Shown: positions 11,597 to 22,208, numbered from the stretch's first letter. The stretch: DNA of 64,000 nt from an uncultured Chloroflexia bacterium (GCA_963728205.1 CAVSIV010000006.1:160001-224000); one strand, 5' to 3'. Notes: generated by a model from the letters alone, not told the origin. Numbers and translations: made by a program.

Positions 11597-12721
11597 ATGA
11601 GCGGCGTGACGCTCGACGGGCAGCAGGTGATCGACTGGCTCGTGGCGGCCGGCATCGCCGTCGCGACGCTGTTCGTCCTCGAGGTCGTCAAATGGGTCGC
11701 GCGCCGCTATGCGGACCGCAGCGACAACGACGGCAGCTGGCACGAGCTGCCCGCGATACTCGTCGGGCACGCGCAGAACTACGTCCTCGTCCTCACCGCC
11801 ATCTTCGCCGGCTCGTTCGCCATCAATCTGCACGACACCGTCGACCGCGCGATCCACGCGGTCGCGCTCGCGGCGATCCTGCTGCAGGTCGGCCTCTGGG
11901 CGAACGAGATCATCGCCTTCTCCGCGAACCGTTACCAGCAGCGCTCGCAGCACGACCCCGAGGGCGGCATCGCGCCGTCGACCGTGTACGCCGTGCGCTT
12001 CCTCGCCAACCTCGCGCTGTGGTCGCTGCTCGTCCTCGTCGCGCTCGACAACGTCGGCGTCCAGATCACGACGCTGGTCGCCGGCCTTGGCATCGGCGGC
12101 ATCGCCGTGGCGCTTGCCGCGCAGAGCGTGCTCGGCGACCTCTTCGCGTCGCTCGTGATCGTGCTCGACCGGCCGTTCGCCGTCGGCGACTTCATCATCC
12201 TCGGCGACTTCATGGGCTCCGTGGAGCGCATCGGCATCAAGACGACGCGCCTGCGCAGCATCTCCGGCGAGCAGCTGATCTTCGCCAACCACGACCTGGT
12301 GACGAGCCGCATCCGCAACTTCAAGCGGATGCTCGAGCGTCGCGTCGTGTTCCAGCTCGGGCTGACCTACGACACGACGGCCGCGCAGATGCAGCAGGCG
12401 GTGCAGCTGGTGCGCGACGCGATCGAGCGGCAGTCGACCGTCCGCTTCGACCGTGCGCACTTCGCGAGCTACGGCAACTTCTCGCTGAACATCGAGGCCG
12501 TGTATTACGTGATGAGTCCCGACTACCCCGTCTACATGGACACGCAGCAGGCCATCAACCTCGAGCTGCTGCAGAAGTTCGGCGAGGCCGGCCTCGAGTT
12601 CGCCTTCCCGACGCAGACGATCTACGTGTCCGGGGCCGGCGCGGCCGGTGGCGGCAACGGCTCGAGCGCGACCGCGGCGCCGATGATGCCGGCGCCCGCG
12701 CCCGGCGAGCCCGCGCGCTGA
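11597..12721 (+). CDS. MscS-family mechanosensitive channel
   Basis: LVAGLGIGGIAVALAAQ, DRPFAVGDFI, GSVERIGIKTTRLRS. Confidence 0.92.
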   Translation: MSGVTLDGQQVIDWLVAAGIAVATLFVLEVVKWVARRYADRSDNDGSWHELPAILVGHAQNYVLVLTAIFAGSFAINLHDTVDRAIHAVALAAILLQVGLWANEIIAFSANRYQQRSQHDPEGGIAPSTVYAVRFLANLALWSLLVLVALDNVGVQITTLVAGLGIGGIAVALAAQSVLGDLFASLVIVLDRPFAVGDFIILGDFMGSVERIGIKTTRLRSISGEQLIFANHDLVTSRIRNFKRMLERRVVFQLGLTYDTTAAQMQQAVQLVRDAIERQSTVRFDRAHFASYGNFSLNIEAVYYVMSPDYPVYMDTQQAINLELLQKFGEAGLEFAFPTQTIYVSGAGAAGGGNGSSATAAPMMPAPAPGEPAR

Positions 12722-13974
12722 CCCGGCCCGCGCGCGCGGCGGCGGCGATCCGCGGATCGCTCGGCCGGCGGCGGGCGTTCTACGCGCTGCGCGACCCGCG
12801 CTTCCGGCGCGTCTGGCTCGCCAGCATCCTCAACGGCCTCGCGAACTGGATGGAGCGCCTGGTCGTCGGGTGGCTGGTGCTCGCCGAGACCGGGTCGATC
12901 TTCCTCGCCGCCCTCAGCTTCGCCGTGCGCGCCGCGCCCAATATCGTGCTGGGGCCCGTCGGCGGCGCCGTCGCCGACCGCTTCGACCGTCCGCGCGTGC
13001 TGCGCGACGTCGCCCTGGCGAAGGCCGCGCTCGAGCTCGTCATCGGTGTGGCGGTGATCGCCGGCGTGACATCCGCCTGGCCGGTCCTCGTCCTGGTCGC
13101 TGCGATCGGCGCCGTCCGCACGAGCGAGGTCCCCGCGACCCAGGCGCTGATCACCGACATCGTCGGGCCGGCACGCGCGGCGAACGCGATCGGGCTGAAC
13201 GCGCTGGGCGTGCGCGCCGTCGGCGTGGCCGGCGCCTTCGCCGGCGGGGTGATGATCGAGTGGATCGGCGCCGGCCCGGTGTTCGTGGTCGCCGCCGCCG
13301 CGCTCGTGCTCGCGGCCGTGGTCTACGCGACGGTCCGCGTGCCGCGCGAGCGCGCGTCGACCGTGGCGGGGGCCGCCGGTTCGCTCTGGGGCGACGCCGT
13401 CGACGGCCTGCGCGTGACGCTGCGCATCCCCGTCGTGACGACGCTGCTGCTGCTCGCCGTCGGCGTCGAGGTGTTCGCGTTCTCCTACCAGTCGCTGCTC
13501 CCCGCCGTCGCCGACCGCGTCCTGCACGTCGACGCCGCCGGGCTCGGAGCGCTCACGCTCTGTGCCGGCCTGGGCGCCATCGTCGGGACGGGCGCCGTCT
13601 CCGTGCTCGGCGACGCGACGCGGCGCGGCCCGCTGCTCCTCGGCGCGACGCTCGTCTTCGGCGTCTGCCTGGTCGGGTTCGGCGCCTCGCACCTGTTCCC
13701 GCTGTCGCTGCTGCTCGTGGCCGGCATCGGCGCCATGGCCGCGACGTTCGACGCGCTGCAGTGGGTGCTGCTGCAGGCGAGCGTGCCCGACGAGATGCGC
13801 GGCCGCGTGATCGGCGGCTGGATGTCCGCGATCGGCTTCGGGTGGATCGGCCCGATCCTGCTCGGGGCGCTCGCGCAGGCGGCCGGCACGCAGTGGGCGC
13901 TCGCCGCCGCCGGCGCGCTCGTGATCGCGCTCGCGTTCGTGGGATCGGCGTCCCGCGGGCTGCGTCAGCTGTAG
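12718..13974 (+). CDS. MFS transporter (start codon uncertain)
   Basis: About 12 TM helices, GAVADRFDRPR motif A, VPDEMRGRV; no ATG/GTG at the expected N-terminus. Confidence 0.8.
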   Translation: MTRPARAAAAIRGSLGRRRAFYALRDPRFRRVWLASILNGLANWMERLVVGWLVLAETGSIFLAALSFAVRAAPNIVLGPVGGAVADRFDRPRVLRDVALAKAALELVIGVAVIAGVTSAWPVLVLVAAIGAVRTSEVPATQALITDIVGPARAANAIGLNALGVRAVGVAGAFAGGVMIEWIGAGPVFVVAAAALVLAAVVYATVRVPRERASTVAGAAGSLWGDAVDGLRVTLRIPVVTTLLLLAVGVEVFAFSYQSLLPAVADRVLHVDAAGLGALTLCAGLGAIVGTGAVSVLGDATRRGPLLLGATLVFGVCLVGFGASHLFPLSLLLVAGIGAMAATFDALQWVLLQASVPDEMRGRVIGGWMSAIGFGWIGPILLGALAQAAGTQWALAAAGALVIALAFVGSASRGLRQL

Positions 13975-14191
13975 GCGCGCCACCGCCCCGCGCCCGCCGC
14001 CCGGACCGCAGCGCAGCGCGCCGCCCGCAGCGGCGGCGGATACGCCGCCGACAGACCGCGGGCGCCCGCCTGCGACCGCGCCCCGCGGCCCGCGCTCCGC
14101 GCCTGGTTCGCGGTCGCCTCCCGCGCCGACGCCGCCCTACGATCGACCGCCGCCGGCGCTGCGCCAGCCGCCCACCCCGAAGGAGCCACGC

Positions 14192-15145
14192 GTGCCTCGC
14201 CTCTACCCGCCCATCGAGCCGCACGCGCACGGGATGCTCGACGTCGGCGACGGCCACTCCCTCTACTGGGAGGTCTGCGGCAACCCGGCCGGCAAGCCCG
14301 CACTCGTCCTCCACGGCGGCCCGGGCTCGGGCTGCACCCCCGGCGCACGCCGCTACTTCGATCCCGCCGTCTACCGCGTCGTCCTCTTCGATCAGCGCAA
14401 CTGCGGCCGCAGCCTGCCGCATGCCAGCGACCCCGTCGTGGACCTCGCCACCAACACCACCGCGCACCTGCTGGAGGACATCGAGCGGCTGCGGCGCCAC
14501 CTCGCCATCGACCGCTGGCTCGTCTTCGGCGGCTCATGGGGCGCGGCGCTCGCGCTCGCGTACGCCGAGCGACACCCGGCGCGCGTGTCGGAGCTCGTGC
14601 TCACGGGCGTCGCGACCGGCCGCCGCGCGGAGACCGAGCTGCTGACGCGCGGCCTCGGCCGCCTCTTCCCCGACGCGTGGACCCGCTTCGTCGCCGGCGT
14701 CCCCGAGAGCGAGCGCGACGGCGATCTTGCCGCCGCCTACGCGCGGCGGCTGCGCGAGCCGGACCCCGCCGCGCGCGACCAAGCCGCGCGCGACTGGTGC
14801 GACTGGGAGACCGCGATGCTCCCGACCTCGCCGCCGCTCGCGCGTTACGAGAGCCCGCAGTTCCGGATGGCGTTCGCGCGCATCGTCACGCACTACTGGA
14901 GCCACGGGTCGTGGCTCGACGAGGGCGCCGTGCTCCGCGACGCGGGTGCGGTCGCGGGCATCCCCGGCGTGATGGTCCAGGGCGTGCTCGACCTCGGCAA
15001 CCTGCTCGGCACGGCCTGGATGCTGGCGCGGGCCTGGCCGGCCGGCGAGCTCGTGCTGGTGGACGACGCCGGCCACAACTCGAGCGACACGGGGATCGCC
15101 TCGGCGCTGGTCGCTGCGACGGACCGCTTCGGGGCGCGCCGGTAG
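14192..15145 (+). CDS. pip: Prolyl aminopeptidase (proline iminopeptidase)
   Basis: LHGGPGSG, FDQRNCGRS, FGGSWG, AGH. Confidence 0.92.
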   Translation: MPRLYPPIEPHAHGMLDVGDGHSLYWEVCGNPAGKPALVLHGGPGSGCTPGARRYFDPAVYRVVLFDQRNCGRSLPHASDPVVDLATNTTAHLLEDIERLRRHLAIDRWLVFGGSWGAALALAYAERHPARVSELVLTGVATGRRAETELLTRGLGRLFPDAWTRFVAGVPESERDGDLAAAYARRLREPDPAARDQAARDWCDWETAMLPTSPPLARYESPQFRMAFARIVTHYWSHGSWLDEGAVLRDAGAVAGIPGVMVQGVLDLGNLLGTAWMLARAWPAGELVLVDDAGHNSSDTGIASALVAATDRFGARR

Positions 15146-15197
15146 GCGCGTCCGCCGCAGCAGGGCCGCCGACGCCGCCCCCTCCCCCACGCACCGA

Positions 15198-15948
15198 CCG
15201 CGAGCGCGGCGAAGCGCTGCCTCTGCACCGATCGCGCGCCGACGGAGCCGCGCCCGGCGTCAGCCGACGCGGCGGAGGAGGTCCAGCCCGCGGCGGCGGC
15301 AGCCGTCGCGGGCGCGAGCGCGGCAACTCACTGCCCGGCGTCAGCCGACGCGGCGGAGGAGGTCTAGCCCATGGCGGCCTTCAGCCGCCATGGGCGCGAG
15401 CGCGGCAAAGCGCTGCCTCTGCACCGACCGCGCGCCGACGGAGCCGTGCCCGGCGCCAGCCGACGCGGCGGAGGAGGTCTAGCCCGCGGCGGCGGCAGCC
15501 GTCGCGGGCGCGAGCGCGGCGAAGCGCTGCCTCTGCACCGACCGCGCGCCGACGGAGCCGCGCCCGGCGTCAGCCGACGCGGCGGAGGAGGTCCAGCCCG
15601 CGGCGGCGGCAGCCGTCGCGGGCGCGAGCGCGGCGAAGCGCTACCTCTGCACCGACCGCGCGCCGACGGAGCCGCGCCCGGCGCCAGCCGACGCGGCGGA
15701 GGAGGTCCAGCCCGCGGCGGCGGCAGCCGTCGCGGGCGCGAGCGCGGCAACTCACTGCCCGGCGTCAGCCGACGCGGCGGAGGAGGTCTAGCCCATGGCG
15801 GCCTTCAGCCGCCATGGGCGCGAGCGCGGCAAAGCGCTGCCTCTGCACCGACCGCGCGCCGACGGAGCCGCGCCCGGCGCCAGCCGACGCGGCGGAGGAG
15901 GTCTAGCCCGCGGCGGCGGCAGCCGTCGCGGGCGCGAGCGCGGCGAAA
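15198..15948. repeat. Tandem array of 7 hairpin-containing units (BIME-like)
   Basis: Core GCCGACGCGGCGGAGGAGGTC at 15263, 15344, 15459, 15573, 15687, 15768, 15883 (spacings 81,115,114,114,81,115). Confidence 0.9.
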
Positions 15949-15960
15949 CTCAGCGCGCGG

Positions 15961-16410
15961 CTAGATCGGTCCGTGCACGCGTCGGCGCTCGTCGCGCGGC
16001 TGCTCGGCCACGAAGCGCTCGATGCGGTCTTGGGGAAACTCGTCGCGCGTGGTCGCCAGCAGGCGGCGCGTCCACACCGATGGCAGCCGGCGCAGCTCGG
16101 GGAACTCGCGACGCAGGATGCCGGCGGAGTAGCGCTTCAGCCGCTCCGCGATCGTCGCCGGCGCCAGGTGCGGCGGCGCGTCCACCGTCACCACCACGTA
16201 GTCCTCGCCGCTGCGCACGTGCACGACGCGCGCACCGATGCCGCGTGCCGCCTCCGCGAACAGCTCCTCGGCGCGCTCGAGCAGCGCGCCATGCAGGAAG
16301 CGCTTGCGACGGCGCGTCGGCCAGACGAGGTAGTAGCGCAGGTCGCCGACCGCGTCCGTCTCATAGACGGAGCGGTCCGTGAACGGAACGTCACCGGCGG
16401 GGTCGGACAT
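15961..16410 (-). CDS. IS200/IS605 TnpA (Y1) homologue lacking catalytic residues
   Basis: LRYYLVWPTRRRK, PP..A...LK..S..LRREFPEL..LPSVWT match TnpA; the HUH site reads DYVV and the YxxxQ site reads FVAEQ. Confidence 0.85.
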   Translation of the reverse strand: MSDPAGDVPFTDRSVYETDAVGDLRYYLVWPTRRRKRFLHGALLERAEELFAEAARGIGARVVHVRSGEDYVVVTVDAPPHLAPATIAERLKRYSAGILRREFPELRRLPSVWTRRLLATTRDEFPQDRIERFVAEQPRDERRRVHGPI

Positions 16411-16416
16411 CGCTCC

Positions 16417-18578
16417 CTATCCCTGGCGCGCCCTGGGCTTCCGCGGCGGCCGCTCGGCGCGCACCGGCGGCGTCTTTGATTGCTGCAGCTCCAGCAAATC
16501 ACCAATCGGGATGTGGCAATAGATCTCGTGATCGGGGGCGTTCGGCCCCACCTGGCGCGGCGGGGGCTGCTCGTCGCAGATCGCGCCCAGGTAGCGCGGG
16601 CAGCGGTCGGCGAAGAAGCAGCCGGTGAAGGCCTCGCGCAGGGTCGGCACCGCGCCCTCCAGCCGGATCGGCGAGTGCTCGGCGTCCGGGTCGGGCACCG
16701 GTGCGGCCGAGAGCAGCGCCTCCGTATACGGCGCGTACGGCGGGCGCAGCAGCGCCTCCGTCGGCCCGGACTCGGCGACGTGGCCCGCATACAGCACGAG
16801 GATGTGGTCGGACACGTAGCGGACCACGCCGAGGTCGTGCGTGATGAAGAGGTACGACGTCCCGTGCTCGCGCTGGTGCTCGGCGAGCAGGTTCAGCACC
16901 TGCGCCTGCACGGAGACGTCGAGCGCGGAGACGGCCTCGTCGGCGATCACCAGGTCGGGGCTTGCGGCGAACGCCGTCGCCAGCGCGACGCGCTGCTGCT
17001 GCCCCCGCTCAGCTCCGTCGGCAGCCGGTCGAGGTACGACGGGTCGAGCCCCACCGACTCCAGCAGCGCACCCGCCCGCTCGCGCGCGTCTTCCGAGCCT
17101 ATCCCGGTGAGCTTCTTCAGCGACCGGATCAGCGCGTGCCGGATCGGGAGCTTCGGGTTGAGCGACGCCGTCGGGTTCTGGAACACCATGCGGATCGCCG
17201 CGCGCTGCTCCCACGAGCGGTCGGCGACGTCCGGCGCCAGGTCCTCGCCGCGCAGCCGCACCGCGCCGCGGTTGCGCCGCTCCAGGCCGACCACCGCCCG
17301 CGCCGTGGTCGACTTCCCCGAGCCGCTCTCGCCGACGATCCCCAGCGTGCGCCCCTGCGGCACGTCGAAGTCAATATCGACGACGGCGCGCACCGGTCGC
17401 CGCGTGGGTGGCCCCCAGAAGACGAACCGCTTGGTCCGCCCGCCGTAGAACTGCCGCAGCCCGCGCACCTCGAGCACCGGCTCCGGTGCCTCCGCGGTCT
17501 CGCGCCGCGGCCGGGGCTCGGGCCGGCCCCAGATGTCCGGGCTCACCTCGTCGGCGAAGAAGCACCGCGCGTCGTGGCCCGGCTCCGTGTAGACGTCGAT
17601 CGCCGGGTGCGACGACTCGCACTCCTCGCGCGCCAGCGGGCAGCGCGTCGCGAACAGGCAGCGGTCGCCGGCCGCCTCCGATGCCTCGTACACGCTGCCG
17701 GGGATGCTGCGCAGCTTCGGCACGATCCCGGTGCCCGTCACGGGCGCCGGCACGCAGGTCAGCAGCCCCTGCGTGTACGGGTGACGCGGCTGCCGAAACA
17801 GGTCGCGCACGCCCGCGGTCTCCACCGTCTCGCCGGCGTACATCACCACGACGCGATCCGCGACGCGCGCAATCACCCCGAGGTTGTGGCTGACGAAGAG
17901 AATGCCCGCGTTCACGCGCTCCTTCAGCTCGGAGACGAGGTCGAGGATCGTCGCCTCGGTGGTGACGTCGAGCCCGGTCGTCGGCTCGTCCATGATCAGC
18001 AGGTCGGGGTCGCACGCCAGCGCCATCGCGATCACGACGCGCTGCTGCTGGCCGCCGCTCAGCTCGTGCGGAAAGCGCCGGCCGATCCGCTCCGGCGTCG
18101 GAAGGCCCACGCTCGCGAACAGCTCCGCCGCGCGCGCCTGCGCTTCCGACTTGCTCCGGTCCAGGTGCATCTGCACCGCCTCGGCAAGCTGGTCGCCGAC
18201 GCGCATCGTCGGGTTCAGCGACGTCACCGGGTCCTGGTAGACCATCGCCATGCGGTTGCCGCGCAGCGTCCGCAGCTCCGATTCCGAGAGCGCCGTGAGG
18301 TCGCGCCCCTCGAACTCGATCGTCCCCTGCACCTCGGCGGTGCCGGGGAGGTAGCCCATCATCGCGTAGGCGACGGTGGACTTGCCGCAGCCCGACTCGC
18401 CGACGAGGCCGAGCACCTCGCCGCGGCGGACCTGCAGCGTCGCCTCGCGCACGGCCTGCACGGTGCCGCGGGGCGTGTAGAAGGTCACGGACATGTTGCG
18501 GACGTCCAGCAGCGGCGCATCGGACGCTGGGGGCGTGGCGACGCCGGTCTGGCCGGACTCGGGTGCGGTAGTGGTCAT
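16417..18578 (-). CDS. Fused Dpp/OppD-F ABC ATPase, one frameshift near 17000
   Basis: GESGCGKS and GESGSGKS; LSGGQQQR; frame breaks in the G run of the second LSGG. Confidence 0.9.
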
Positions 18579-19519
18579 GGCTGTGGCTCGCTGTTCGGGA
18601 GTGCATGGGCCTGGCGGATGCCGTCGGCCAGCAGGTTGACGCCGATCACCAGCGACGACACCGCCGCCGCCGGGACCAGCGCCACGAGCGGCGCGACGCT
18701 GACGAAGTTGCGGCTCTCGCTGATCATGCGTCCCCAGTCCGGCGACGGCGGTTGCACGCCGAGCCCGAGGAATCCGAGGGACGCGGCCAGCAGGATCGCG
18801 TAGCTGAAGCGGACCGACGCCTCGACGCCGAGCACCGGCACCGCGTTCGGCAGGATCTCGCGGAACACGATGTACCAGCCCGGCTCGCCACGCAGCCGCG
18901 CGTTCTGCACGAACTCCTTCGTCTTGATGTCGAGCACAGCGCCGCGCATCACGCGCGCCACGCGCGGCATGAACACGACGCCGATCGTGATCACGATGTT
19001 GGTGCGGCTCGGGCCGAGCGTGCTGATCACGAGCAGCGCCAGCAGCAGCCCCGGGAACGACATCAGGCCGTCCATGATCCGCATCACGACCTCGTCGGTG
19101 CGGCCGCCCTTGTAGCCGCTGCTCATCCCGACGAGCGTGCCGCTCGCGATGCCGAGCAGCGTGCCGAGCAGCGATACGGCGATGATGGACGACGCGCCGG
19201 ACATCACGCGGCTGAGCAGGTCGCGCCCGTACTGATCGGTGCCCAGCAGGTACTGCGTCGTCGGGCCGCTGAAGCGCAGGATCTTGCCGGCGGCCGTGCG
19301 CTGGAAGGCGTCGGGCGAGTAGGGCGCGAGCGCCGGGCCGAAGACCGCGAGCACGAGGTGGAGCGTGACGAGCGCCAGGCCGATGCGGCCGGCGTTCGTG
19401 CGCAGCGCGAAGCCGATCTCGCGGCGCAGCACGCGGCCGGCGGTGGCGACGGCCCGCGCCGCGCGTGCGAGCGGCGAAGGGATCGCGGTGCCGATGGCGG
19501 GAGCAGGTGGGGTGGTCAT
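18575..19519 (-). CDS. Peptide/nickel ABC permease (DppC/OppC-like)
   Basis: LLGTDQYGRD, LGFLGLGVQPPSPDWG. Confidence 0.92.
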   Translation of the reverse strand: MTTPPAPAIGTAIPSPLARAARAVATAGRVLRREIGFALRTNAGRIGLALVTLHLVLAVFGPALAPYSPDAFQRTAAGKILRFSGPTTQYLLGTDQYGRDLLSRVMSGASSIIAVSLLGTLLGIASGTLVGMSSGYKGGRTDEVVMRIMDGLMSFPGLLLALLVISTLGPSRTNIVITIGVVFMPRVARVMRGAVLDIKTKEFVQNARLRGEPGWYIVFREILPNAVPVLGVEASVRFSYAILLAASLGFLGLGVQPPSPDWGRMISESRNFVSVAPLVALVPAAAVSSLVIGVNLLADGIRQAHALPNSEPQP

Positions 19520-20463
19520 CAGGAGTACCGGATCCTCGGGTTGAGCGCGGCGTAGAGCAGGTCGCCGGCCAGGTTGCTGAACGCGTACACGGCGGCGATC
19601 AGCAGCGCCAGCGCCTGCAGCAGCGGCACGTCGCGCTTGATGATGCCGTCGAGCAGCAGCCGGCCCAGCCCCGGGTACGAGAACACCGTCTCGACGATGA
19701 TCAGCCCGCCGAGCATGTAGCCGATGTTGATCGTGACGACGCTGATCGTCGGCAGCATCGCGTTGCGCAGGACGTGCTGCATGATCACGCGCCGCATCGG
19801 CAGGCCCTTGAGGATCGCGGTGCGCACGTAGTTGGTGTGCATCACCTCGATCACGTTGGCCCGCGTCATCCGCATGATGTAGCCGAACAGCACCGCCGTG
19901 AGCGTGACCGCCGGCAGCACCAGCACCTTCGGCTCGTTCAGCGGCGTCTTCCCCGGCGCCAGCAGGCTCGACGACGGGAACCAGCCGAGCCCCGACGCGA
20001 ACACCATGATCAGCAGCACGCCGGTGACGAACTCGGGCAGCGAGATGCCCATCAGCCCCGACATGCTCGCGACGCGGTCGAACAGCGAGTCCTCGCGCAC
20101 GCCCGCCCACACGCCGACCGCGATCGCCGTCGGCACCGTGATCACGAACGCGAAGGACGCGAGCAGCACGGAGTTGAACAGCCGGTCCTTGATCAGGCTC
20201 GCCACCGGCACCGACCGCGAGAGCGACGTCCCGAAGTCGCCGTGCAGCGCGCCGCCGATCCACTGCAGGTAGCGCACGTACATCGGCTGATCGATCCCGA
20301 GGCGGTGCCGCAGCACCTCGACGGCGCTCGGCGTCGCGCCCTGGCCGAGGATCGCCTGCGCCACGTCGCCGGGCAGGATCTCGGTGATCGCGAAGATGGC
20401 CATCGAGATGACGAACAGCGTGAGCACGATGAGGCCGAGTCGAACGACCAGGAATCGCACCAC
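19519..20463 (-). CDS. Peptide/nickel ABC permease (DppB/OppB-like)
   Basis: LPGD, GDFGTS, YVRTAILKGL, VETVFSYPGLG. Confidence 0.92.
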   Translation of the reverse strand: MVRFLVVRLGLIVLTLFVISMAIFAITEILPGDVAQAILGQGATPSAVEVLRHRLGIDQPMYVRYLQWIGGALHGDFGTSLSRSVPVASLIKDRLFNSVLLASFAFVITVPTAIAVGVWAGVREDSLFDRVASMSGLMGISLPEFVTGVLLIMVFASGLGWFPSSSLLAPGKTPLNEPKVLVLPAVTLTAVLFGYIMRMTRANVIEVMHTNYVRTAILKGLPMRRVIMQHVLRNAMLPTISVVTINIGYMLGGLIIVETVFSYPGLGRLLLDGIIKRDVPLLQALALLIAAVYAFSNLAGDLLYAALNPRIRYS

Positions 20464-20520
20464 GACAGGCCTCCTTCCGCCGCTGCGCGGCTCCCGGCCA
20501 CGCGACGGACGGACAAAACG

Positions 20521-20565
20521 GGCGGACCTCCTCGCCGCCGGCGGGCGACGACGAGGAGGTCCGCC
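20521..20565. terminator. Intergenic hairpin after the SBP gene (terminator or mRNA stabiliser)
   Basis: GGCGGACCTCCTCG...CGAGGAGGTCCGCC inverted repeat, followed by TTTT on the minus strand. Confidence 0.6.
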
Positions 20566-20579
20566 GAATCAGATCGTGG

Positions 20580-22208
20580 CTAGGCGTCCTTCAGGTACGC
20601 ACCGTAGACGAGCAGCCAGTTGCCCGGGTGCGGCGTGATGCCGCCCACGCGGTCGCGCAGGCCCACGGTGACCGGCAGGTGCACGGGGATCGGCCGGATC
20701 GCGAGGTCGATCAGCATCTTCTGCACCTCGGCGTACGACTGCTTGCGCTCTTCCTCCGTCTGGCCGCGCGCGCCCTTGATCAGGCCGTCGAGCTTGTCGC
20801 TCTTGTAGTGCGACTCGTTCCAGTCGGCGTCCGAGAGGTAGACGATCGACAGCGCCTGGTCGTCCGGGCGGCCGTTCCACTGCACGCAGGTGAACGGCTT
20901 CTTCAGCCACACGTCGGACCAGTAGCTGTCCTCCGGCGACTGCACGATGTCGACGTTCACGCCGCCCTGCGCGGCGCCCTGCTTGAACGCCGTCGCGTGC
21001 TCGACCATGCCCTGCGCGACGGTGCTCGTGTAGAGCGTGAGGTCGAGGCTGTCGTGGCCGGCCGCGGAGAGCAGCTGCTTGGCCTGCTTCGGGTCGTACT
21101 CGCCCCACTTCTGGCCGTCCCACCACATCGGGTCGTCCGGCACGAACGGGTGGTCGTTCCCTTTGCCGCCGAGGCCGTAGAACGCGGCGTCCAGGATCGT
21201 GTCGCGGTCCTGCAGCAGCTGGATCGCCGTGCGCACGCGCTGGTCGTCGAACGGCTTCTCGTCGCTGAACATCGAGAGCGTCAGGTAGCCCGGGCTCGTG
21301 ACGTTGAGGACGTTCGTCTTCGGCGCGGCGTTCACCTGCTGCACGTCCGCCGGGTCGACCGGGAACAGCACGTCGATCTGGCCGCTCTTCAGCGCCTCGC
21401 TGCGCTGGCTGGGGTCGGGGATGAAGTTGGCGACGACGCCGTCCGGGTAGATCCCGTCGGCGCCCCAGTAGTCCGGCCAGCGCTTCCACGTCCCGCGCGT
21501 GCCGGAGTCGTACGACTCCATCGTGTACGGGCCCGTGCCGTACTCGCCGGTGTTGAGCTTCGCCGGGTCGACGTCCGACGGGAGGATGCGGCCCTGGTAC
21601 AGCGAGAGCGTGTCCGGCAGGAACACGTTCGGCGCGTCCAGCGTGAACTTCACGGTGCGGTCGTCCTGCGCCTCGACCTTCGTGATGGTCGAGAGCGGCG
21701 CCGCGGCCGCCGACGCGGTCTTCGGGTCCTTCAGGCGGTTGATCGTGTAGACGACGTCCTCCGCCTTGAAGTCCTTGCCGTGGTGGAACTTCACGTTCTC
21801 GCGCAGGTGGAACACGTACTCGCTGTTGTCGCCGTTCGGCTCCCACTTCGTCGCCAGCATCGGGCGGAGCGAGAAGTCCTCCATGCGCTGCACGAGGTTG
21901 TCGTAGTGGAAGAGGCTGATCGTGGCGTCGGCCGTGGAGAGGCTGAGCGCCGGGTCGAGACCCGCGTTGATTGAGACCAGGCCCAGCGTGAGCGTGCCGC
22001 CGCGCTTCGGCGTGCCCGTCGCGCCCGCCGCCGCCGTCGACCCGCCGGCGGCGGGCGTGCCCGTCGCGCTGCCGCCGCTGCCGCAGCCGATCAGCGCCGC
22101 GCCGGCGAGGCCGGCGCCGCCGACGGCCGCCCCCCGCAGCACCCCGCGGCGCGAGATGCGCGCACGCATGCCGCGCGTCCAGTAATTCGCATCGTTCTGT
22201 CGATCCAT
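20580..22208 (-). CDS. Family-5 ABC solute-binding lipoprotein with Tat signal
   Basis: ISRRGVL twin-Arg, LIGC lipobox, LRENVKFH, GTGPY. Confidence 0.92.
   Translation of the reverse strand: MDRQNDANYWTRGMRARISRRGVLRGAAVGGAGLAGAALIGCGSGGSATGTPAAGGSTAAAGATGTPKRGGTLTLGLVSINAGLDPALSLSTADATISLFHYDNLVQRMEDFSLRPMLATKWEPNGDNSEYVFHLRENVKFHHGKDFKAEDVVYTINRLKDPKTASAAAAPLSTITKVEAQDDRTVKFTLDAPNVFLPDTLSLYQGRILPSDVDPAKLNTGEYGTGPYTMESYDSGTRGTWKRWPDYWGADGIYPDGVVANFIPDPSQRSEALKSGQIDVLFPVDPADVQQVNAAPKTNVLNVTSPGYLTLSMFSDEKPFDDQRVRTAIQLLQDRDTILDAAFYGLGGKGNDHPFVPDDPMWWDGQKWGEYDPKQAKQLLSAAGHDSLDLTLYTSTVAQGMVEHATAFKQGAAQGGVNVDIVQSPEDSYWSDVWLKKPFTCVQWNGRPDDQALSIVYLSDADWNESHYKSDKLDGLIKGARGQTEEERKQSYAEVQKMLIDLAIRPIPVHLPVTVGLRDRVGGITPHPGNWLLVYGAYLKDA

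Noticed and set aside
15198-15948. CRISPR array, or a repeat protein (ORF 15371-15964 after GGAGGAGG)
   Set aside because: There are no unique spacers. The 115-bp units break the frame, the translation is low-complexity, and the covariation preserves base pairing rather than codons.
15961-16410. Active IS200/IS605 element
   Set aside because: HUH and catalytic Tyr are missing, there is no tnpB, and there is no room for a left end between it and the ABC gene.
16980-17020. Programmed frameshifting in the ABC ATPase, putA or the aldo/keto reductase
   Set aside because: The breaks hit conserved motifs at homopolymers with no slippery-site/stimulator pattern; assembly error is simpler.
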